Source: Candidatus Latescibacterota bacterium (GTDB lineage Bacteria > Latescibacterota > UBA2968). Taken from it: a DNA stretch of 64,000 nucleotides. Both the position numbers and the translations under genes were made by a program. The notes beneath the pieces are model-generated. The model had not been told where the DNA came from. It saw only the letters and a list, made by a program, of their open reading frames with translations, and searched no databases. The stretch covers positions 4,576,001-4,640,000 of the forward strand of contig OZ220741.1 of assembly GCA_965116885.1 (NCBI GenBank), given 5' to 3'. Below, piece after piece: positions 58,591 through 64,000 of the stretch. Positions within the stretch are counted from its first letter, which is position 1. The number at the start of each line of letters is the position of its first letter.

Positions 58591-58673
58591 TAACCACAGA
58601 TTGATATGTGTAAAAGAAAATTATGGTGCTAAACCTTCGGCACCTTTGTCTATAATCCCCATAAAAATGGAAC

Positions 58674-58711
58674 AAAAAGCCCGTCAGTCAGAACAATTGA
58701 CGGGCTTTTTT
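58674..58711. terminator. Bidirectional terminator-like hairpin
   Basis: AAAAAGCCCGTCA-loop-TGACGGGCTTTTTT. Confidence 0.75.
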
Positions 58712-58759
58712 ATTTTCAACAGTGAGTATGTCCAAGGATATGATCACATGTATCGACAG

Positions 58760-59200
58760 CATGCTACGCTCTCTTTGAGACACCCAGCGTTTGACATTGC
58801 GTGGCGATGGGCCAAAAAAACCTGGTGCGCTTTTACGAACGCGAAGATTTGTTGGGGATCGCGTCGGTCTCCGCTGCGAACCAGGCCGCGGCTTTTGACA
58901 AGATCTCACGCTCGATGCTCAACTGCTTATTCTCGCGCCGAAGACGACGCAACTCTTCTCGCTCATCGCTGGTCAGACCGTCTTCTCGGAGTCCCTGGTC
59001 TCGATCAGCCTGGCGTATCCAGTTTTGGATCGTCTGAGCGGTCGGCTCAAACTCTTTGGCCAACTCAGAAGGACTGCGACCAGCGCGCACAAGCTCGACG
59101 ATCTGGCGCTTCAACTCGGCTGGATAAAGTGGACGTGTTGGTGGCATAGTGGGGCTCCTTTCTTACGACTCATAAGGTACCCACCAAAACGATGCTGTTG
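58760..59200 (-). mobile_element. Truncated IS3-family insertion sequence (orfA intact, orfB stub)
   Basis: OrfA 58833-59147 (YPAELKRQIVELVRAG...ELRRLRRENKQL..EREILSKAAAWFA). The overlapping orfB start (QIFAFVKAHQ..WPIATQCQTLGVS) dies after ~30 codons. Element ends not defined. Confidence 0.85.
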
Positions 59201-59319
59201 CCGAATTCCTAATTGCTGTCCCGCCGCACTAAACATAGGGTTTACAGAGCCTGTATTCAGGCCACAGACCCCCTCTCGACCAATTCGGCAACAACATCCA
59301 AAACGGGTCAAGCCCATAC

Positions 59320-59686
59320 ATCGAGACGCCTATTGGGAAATGAAAGACAAGGGCAAGTCCCATGTCTTTGCAACAGAGTATTCCCGGATGCTATACACCA
59401 AAAACCAAGACACGACCTTGCGCTGTATTATGCAGAAGCAAGAGATCGAGGACATGGTGACTCTTATTCAAAAGGCTATGCTATTTCCAGAAAGGATGGG
59501 CGAACCGAAGTGTATGCGAATGCATACGCTGATGGATGGTCACAGATCAGAGCATTGACCCAAAGAGGATATGACTCTATCGACTTACATCTCTATTTTC
59601 CACAGCACTACGCCAATGAGATAGTCAGTGATCGAGATAAACAGAGTGCTGTTGCCTATGGGCTGGCAATGATGGGTAGGAAATAA
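59320..59686 (+). pseudogene. Frameshifted, 5'-truncated paralog of the YA-repeat protein
   Basis: Frame 1 ...YWEMKDKGKSHVFATEYSRML; shifts near the A-run at ~59400 to LYYAEARDRGHGDSYSKGYA...GRTEVYANAYADG...GYDSIDLHLYFPQHYA, matching 57005-57844. Confidence 0.7.
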
Positions 59687-59744
59687 ATTTCGCTATACAG
59701 GGATAGTTTTTTTTACATCTGTGGACATCTCAACCTCTTGTACT

Positions 59745-60032
59745 TTAACGTCTGTCTGATTTGAGTCTTTTAATAAGTCCAACTTTCACAAGGTCTTCAT
59801 CATTCCATCCCGTAGGCTCTAATATTTCTTCCAAGAATGAGACTACTTGATACTCTTTATTGTGAACGTGAATGGTGATTAGTTTTGGTTCTCCGTCTAT
59901 GATTTTAATAAAAGACTGCTCCGCACTTTTTTTGGGTTGTTGTGTCCATCCATCACGAGTGAGGGCAGCTATGACATCTTTTGGCTTGATTTTTTTTAGC
60001 CTACGGCGTGTATCATTGGAGTATCTTGCCAT
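59745..60032 (-). CDS. hicA: HicA-family toxin (variant)
   Basis: KPKDVIAALTRDGW...ITIHVHNKE....LEEIL..TGW pattern, downstream of a HicB-like gene. Confidence 0.7.
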   Translation of the reverse strand: MARYSNDTRRRLKKIKPKDVIAALTRDGWTQQPKKSAEQSFIKIIDGEPKLITIHVHNKEYQVVSFLEEILEPTGWNDEDLVKVGLIKRLKSDRR

Positions 60033-60322
60033 GTGCCCTCCTCCCTATTTATCTTTTCCCAAGATTCGATTGTGAAGTATTTTCCACTTGGGATAGGAAT
60101 ATTATACTTAGCAAGTGTCTCCAAATGTGCAAGAAGACCATTTTGAAAATGGCGTTTAACTTGCTTTAAATTTTCTCCATCTATTACTAAGCCTGGGAAA
60201 GCAGGGGCAGTAGCAAGATAAGCACCCTTTTTTTCTTTAATCGTAACATAAACTGTTATTAAAACAGTTTTTTTCGCTACCTCCCGCTTCCAACAAAACA
60301 AAAAAAACCTATTTTGTGGCAT
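59996..60322 (-). CDS. hicB: HicB-family antitoxin
   Basis: GAYLATAPAFPGLVIDGENLKQV.......L..HLE.L.....PIP pattern. Confidence 0.75.
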   Translation of the reverse strand: MPQNRFFLFCWKREVAKKTVLITVYVTIKEKKGAYLATAPAFPGLVIDGENLKQVKRHFQNGLLAHLETLAKYNIPIPSGKYFTIESWEKINREEGTWQDTPMIHAVG

Positions 60323-60497
60323 CACAAACCTCTTTCTCTCGTTTTTATTTGCAGGCTTCCTATTGCTTTTAACCCGAAATATAAATGGGTTACGCACCAT
60401 GCACAAACCATTTATTCAACTCAGCTTCTCGCCTCCAGAGCCTCCAAGTTGCTGATTTGCTTTCCCTGTCAACGATAATCCATATTTGGTATCGTAT

Positions 60498-60560
60498 AGG
60501 TGCTTGGTGCCAAGGTATTTTGTTTGTGTTGGGCTGTGTTTGCGCACGGCCCTCTCTTTT
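60498..60560 (+). ncRNA. Candidate antisense sRNA, cassette C (homolog of cassette A)
   Basis: Same ATTTGGTATCGTATAG, hairpin TGCTT-GGTGCCA-AGGTA, terminator GGGCTGTG-loop-CACGGCCC-TCTCTTTT; antisense to the hicBA leader. Confidence 0.55.
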
Positions 60561-60564
60561 GCCT

Positions 60565-61443
60565 TTATTTTCTATATTGTAAATAGTCCTCCTCTGCGGC
60601 ACGAATTGCCTCATCCCAGGAACTGTGAGTTCTGCCGATACTGGTCCCAATACTTTCTGCTGGCTCACCCGGCCCACGTGGTCCGTCATTTATATCGGAG
60701 AACGATTCCGTTGTCTCTTTGTAGTACAAGCTATAACTGTCGTCGGGTCCTGATCTTTTGTGATGGTGAATGTAATAGTATCCACCCTCTATGTAGCATA
60801 CCCTAAAACATCCATTGAATATTTCGGAAAAAACTAGCTTAATCTCTGTCTGGACTTCCGCTTTTCCTCCTCCTGAGAAAACTCCACACTTACTATCTTT
60901 CTCTGGAATGCCAAATTTTTTCCGTAAGTCCTGAATCTTCTCATCATGCTCTTTTAGGGCTGATAATATTTGTTTCCATACACCGTCATCTCTGTCCGGT
61001 AATTCATCCGGATCTTGTTGCTGCAAAACAGCTTCTATATCCGCTCTTTGTTTTTCTATATAAAGACTTACACCATCTCCTGCTGGAGCAACATCCCACC
61101 CCCAACTATACTTTAATAGTTCTTGTAGGTCTATATCATGCTTTTTTAGTGCATAAAGCATAAGTGCAGTGCCAGTGCATTTGGGATAGTCTGAACTTGA
61201 TTGGATTCTCCAGAGATCCTCGCTGACATCTGGCCCAAAGAGGATACCTTCGCTAATATGATTTTTCTCTAAAGCATCAATCGCTATGCTGTGGGCTTTC
61301 AAAATCGCAAGTATATCAGAAACCTTTGGTAATGTTTCTGCGTATGCAAAGGCGGAAGGATGATCTTTTCTTAGATTCACTTCTAAACCCGCAGATTTAG
61401 ATACTACAGACTGTCCCAAGCCCAACCACTCATATATGAACAT
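60565..61443 (-). CDS. Hypothetical protein with three L.ALK.H...I..L repeats
   Basis: 292 aa; AGGAGGAG RBS; directly abuts the upstream ORF. Confidence 0.7.
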   Translation of the reverse strand: MFIYEWLGLGQSVVSKSAGLEVNLRKDHPSAFAYAETLPKVSDILAILKAHSIAIDALEKNHISEGILFGPDVSEDLWRIQSSSDYPKCTGTALMLYALKKHDIDLQELLKYSWGWDVAPAGDGVSLYIEKQRADIEAVLQQQDPDELPDRDDGVWKQILSALKEHDEKIQDLRKKFGIPEKDSKCGVFSGGGKAEVQTEIKLVFSEIFNGCFRVCYIEGGYYYIHHHKRSGPDDSYSLYYKETTESFSDINDGPRGPGEPAESIGTSIGRTHSSWDEAIRAAEEDYLQYRK

Positions 61444-61704
61444 TTACTCCTCCTTTTTGGGGGACATATTGATATCTATATCAAGATCTCCAAGTAACAA
61501 TTTGAGAATAACGAGACCAATATCAACAAAGACAAATCGCAGGACAACAGCAGAAATTATAGTGCCATAGATTACGTATTCAAGCCGCCTAACTCGTTTG
61601 TCGATGTTATTAAGCGTATTCTCTATTCTGGTAAACGGATTATCGCTGTCTGGGTTTTGCGACTTCTCCGATATGATTCCAAATATACCTTTGTCATTGC
61701 TCAT
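61444..61704 (-). CDS. Small coiled-coil + TM hypothetical protein
   Basis: RIENTLNNIDKRVRRLE followed by hydrophobic YVIYGTIISAVVLRFVFV. Confidence 0.65.
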   Translation of the reverse strand: MSNDKGIFGIISEKSQNPDSDNPFTRIENTLNNIDKRVRRLEYVIYGTIISAVVLRFVFVDIGLVILKLLLGDLDIDINMSPKKEE

Positions 61705-61964
61705 ACCTTATACCTCTCAATCCACTCATGTAAATCTAATCTGCCATAACCTGTATACTCTGAGACAGCTAAAATAATGCCCTCGCCATTTTGATTTTCT
61801 TCATTCCAACCTATCAAATGTCTTAATTTCGTAGAAGACTCTGTCCATGAAACAAAATAGATGTTAGGCGCTTCAGCATCGTATATAGGAATCTCAAACT
61901 TTTTTAGTTCGCTAAACACCCCATCTGGGTTGCTGTCTTGAAATGGCACGATTGCATAAATCAT
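61701..61964 (-). CDS. Small hypothetical alpha/beta protein
   Basis: MIYAIVPF...YFVSW...GIILAVSEYTGYG..DLHEWI; AAGGAG RBS; ATGA overlap with the next gene. Confidence 0.65.
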   Translation of the reverse strand: MIYAIVPFQDSNPDGVFSELKKFEIPIYDAEAPNIYFVSWTESSTKLRHLIGWNEENQNGEGIILAVSEYTGYGRLDLHEWIERYKV

Positions 61965-62387
61965 ATTCAATACTCCTTATCCTTTCTTAGGTGCTTTGCT
62001 ACTTAAAAAAATAGGATAATGGAATTCTTGTCAATATGTCAAGAGCTTTATTGTGTCTACGAAAAAATCACGTATGAGTCGTGCAAGGTGGGTCAAAACT
62101 ATGATCCACCTTGCATTTTCGCCTTATCCCACCTATCTTTAGAATACTCACGACTCGTAGGGATCCTATCGGCACTTTGCGATATAATTCCCTAAAAAAT
62201 TGTCTTAAAGTCAAGTATTTTCAATGATTTATGCGAATAATTTTGTATTATTTTTTGGTGTGATTTCGTAAAATGTAACAGAATGGGCTTGCCTGGTCCA
62301 GTAGTTTTTTGTGAAAATTGTATTTCGTTGTAGTAAAGTTTTTCGGTGTGTGGCAATTTTGTTTGTTATATAAAAAAGGAGAATAAT

Positions 62388-62591
62388 ATGGAACTTACAA
62401 AAGTGGAGTATTTGGGATGTGAAATACAGGTGGAAAAGGATGAGGGTGGTATGTGGGATTGTACGGTGTTCACCGACGAGGAGGAGACATGGTTTGGTTT
62501 TGTGTTTGAGTCAAAAGAGGATGCCATCGAATGTGGAAAAAAAGAAGTGCGTGGCTATCGTGCCTATGTGGAGGAAACTGAAGATTTTTAA
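62388..62591 (+). CDS. Small acidic hypothetical protein
   Basis: MELTKVEYLGCEIQVEKDEGGMW...FESKEDAIECGK; AAGGAG RBS. Confidence 0.65.
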   Translation: MELTKVEYLGCEIQVEKDEGGMWDCTVFTDEEETWFGFVFESKEDAIECGKKEVRGYRAYVEETEDF

Positions 62592-62608
62592 AATAAAAGG
62601 AAAAGGAT

Positions 62609-64000
62609 ATGGGTGCGTTGAATGTTGGTAACAGGACGTTGTTTACGTGTGATAATTTGTCTGTGATGCAGGGTTTGAATAGTGAGAGTATAGACTTGAT
62701 ATATCTTGATCCGCCGTTTAACTCGAAGCGTAATTATGCAGCTCCTATTGGTTCACAAGCTGCTGGCGCGGCGTTTAAGGATACGTGGAATTTGGATGAT
62801 ATAAAACGTGAGTGGATAGAGGATATAGAGGCAGATAATAAGTCAACATGGGCGTCAATAGTATCTGCGGGTCATATAAGCGGTGAAAGCACTCAGGCAT
62901 ATTTGACATATATGGCTATTCGGTTGATAGAGATGCGTCGTATTTTGAAACCGACAGGCAGTATATATCTCCATTGTGATCCAACGGCAAGTCACTATCT
63001 GAAACTTTTGATGGATGCCATTTTTGGACAGCAAAATTTTCGATCAGAAATTACGTGGCATCGTTCTGCGGAAAATTTGTCAAACAAAAAATGGCGACGG
63101 GCTTTTGAAACGTTATTTTATTATTCAAAAGACAAATCGTGGACTTGGAATCAAATTTTTGAGCCTCTCTCTGAACAGGTATTGACGAGAGATTACCGCT
63201 TCGAGGATGAGCGGGGACGCTACAAGACGACAGCTTGCACAAACAATGCACATCGCCCGAATATGTTTTATGAGTTCAATGGCAACACTCGACAATGGCG
63301 ATATTCCAAAGAAACCATGATGAGATATGACGAGGAAGGCTTGTTGGTCTATAACCAGGACGGTATCCCTCGTCGTAAACTTTATCTTTCGGATGTTCAG
63401 GGGACAAAACTGACTAATGTATGGTCGGATATAAAAGTCTTAGCTAGTAATGCAAAAGAGAAAACGGGGTATCCCACGCAGAAGCCCCTCGCTCTTTTAG
63501 AGCGCATTATTGAAGCGTCGTCAAATCCGGGCGATGTGGTTCTCGATCCCTTCTGTGGATGTGCTACGACGTGTATTGCCGCGGAGAAACTGGAGCGACA
63601 ATGGATAGGAATAGATATAGAGCCGGAGGCGCGTAATCTTGTTATTCAGCGATTGGAGAAAGAGATTGATATAGACGCGCTATTTAAGGCGGGTGGTGGT
63701 AGTTTGCCTGATGTGGTACATAGGAAGCGACCGCCGAGGCGTACAGAGGAAGATGCGCCTCGGCGGTCGCGTAATATCAAGCAGAAGTTGTATAAGTTAC
63801 AGGGAGGTCGTTGTGCTGCGCCGTGTGGTGAGGATGGTCAGGGTCGGGAATTTCCGATAGATATATTTGAGGTTGATCATATCCGTGCGCGGAATAAGGG
63901 TGGTCCGGATATTGATGAGAATTTGCAGTTATTGTGTTCGACTTGTAATCGTAGCAAAGGGAATCGGACAATGCAGTATTTATTAGATAAATTAGGTCAA
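62609..64000 (+). CDS. Beta-class N6-adenine/N4-cytosine DNA methyltransferase fused to C-terminal HNH endonuclease (3' end just off the window)
   Basis: Not in the ORF track (no stop in window). Manual translation: DLIYLDPPFNS, YLHCD, YPTQKP, VLDPFCGCATT, then RCAAPC...EVDHIRARNKGG..IDENLQLLCSTCNRSKG. Confidence 0.93.
   Translation, partial: MGALNVGNRTLFTCDNLSVMQGLNSESIDLIYLDPPFNSKRNYAAPIGSQAAGAAFKDTWNLDDIKREWIEDIEADNKSTWASIVSAGHISGESTQAYLTYMAIRLIEMRRILKPTGSIYLHCDPTASHYLKLLMDAIFGQQNFRSEITWHRSAENLSNKKWRRAFETLFYYSKDKSWTWNQIFEPLSEQVLTRDYRFEDERGRYKTTACTNNAHRPNMFYEFNGNTRQWRYSKETMMRYDEEGLLVYNQDGIPRRKLYLSDVQGTKLTNVWSDIKVLASNAKEKTGYPTQKPLALLERIIEASSNPGDVVLDPFCGCATTCIAAEKLERQWIGIDIEPEARNLVIQRLEKEIDIDALFKAGGGSLPDVVHRKRPPRRTEEDAPRRSRNIKQKLYKLQGGRCAAPCGEDGQGREFPIDIFEVDHIRARNKGGPDIDENLQLLCSTCNRSKGNRTMQYLLDKLGQ

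Noticed and set aside
60565..61443. Phage tail-fibre chaperone (peptidase S74) similarity
   Set aside because: Only the coiled-coil-like repeats resemble it; no SD.RLK autocleavage motif and no phage structural genes nearby.
62082..62114. TGCAAGGTGGGTCA...TGATCCACCTTGCA hairpin as an ncRNA
   Set aside because: A single isolated palindrome between divergent genes; it cannot be distinguished from a REP-like element or operator.
54800..64000. Retron or DGR given the many structured non-coding segments
   Set aside because: No reverse transcriptase ORF in the window; one could lie beyond the right edge.

Overview
Bacterial chromosomal window, roughly 50-55% GC by eye in the core, with no rRNA and no CRISPR array. 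The gene style (many peptide-type ABC systems, molybdoenzyme, hydantoinase, scattered TA modules and REP-like repeats, MTase-HNH fusion) suggests an uncultured diderm such as a Latescibacterota/Gemmatimonadota-like lineage; this is inference only. 1-28.5 kb is catabolic and transport genes plus tRNA-Gly. An oligopeptide ABC operon there is interrupted by a MenA1/MenT1-like nucleotidyltransferase TA pair. 28.6-31 kb is a TA/defence-like cluster in which a ~595-aa protein with a HEPN-like Rx5H motif ends in a VapB-antitoxin-like tail and is translationally coupled to a VapC/PIN toxin. 32.9-38.1 kb is a more AT-rich patch (Cys-rich proteins, M16 peptidase pair, a cryptic acidic peptide). 38-53 kb is housekeeping: asymmetric ABC exporter, rnhB-yraN fusion, hisS, aspS, LysM, phoH-7TM/HD-ybeY-CNNM. 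From 53.15 kb to the end is an AT-rich integrated element in initiator tRNA-Met, whose large serine recombinase ends inside the tRNA. It carries small unannotated ORFs, three related promoter-hairpin-terminator antisense-RNA-like cassettes (type I TA-like), a larger structured non-coding region, an IS3 remnant, hicB-hicA and a DNA methyltransferase-HNH fusion. The two best candidates for an undescribed system are the HEPN-like/antitoxin-tail + VapC module and the repeated antisense-sRNA/small-peptide cassettes. All family calls are from motif recognition by eye, not database searches.
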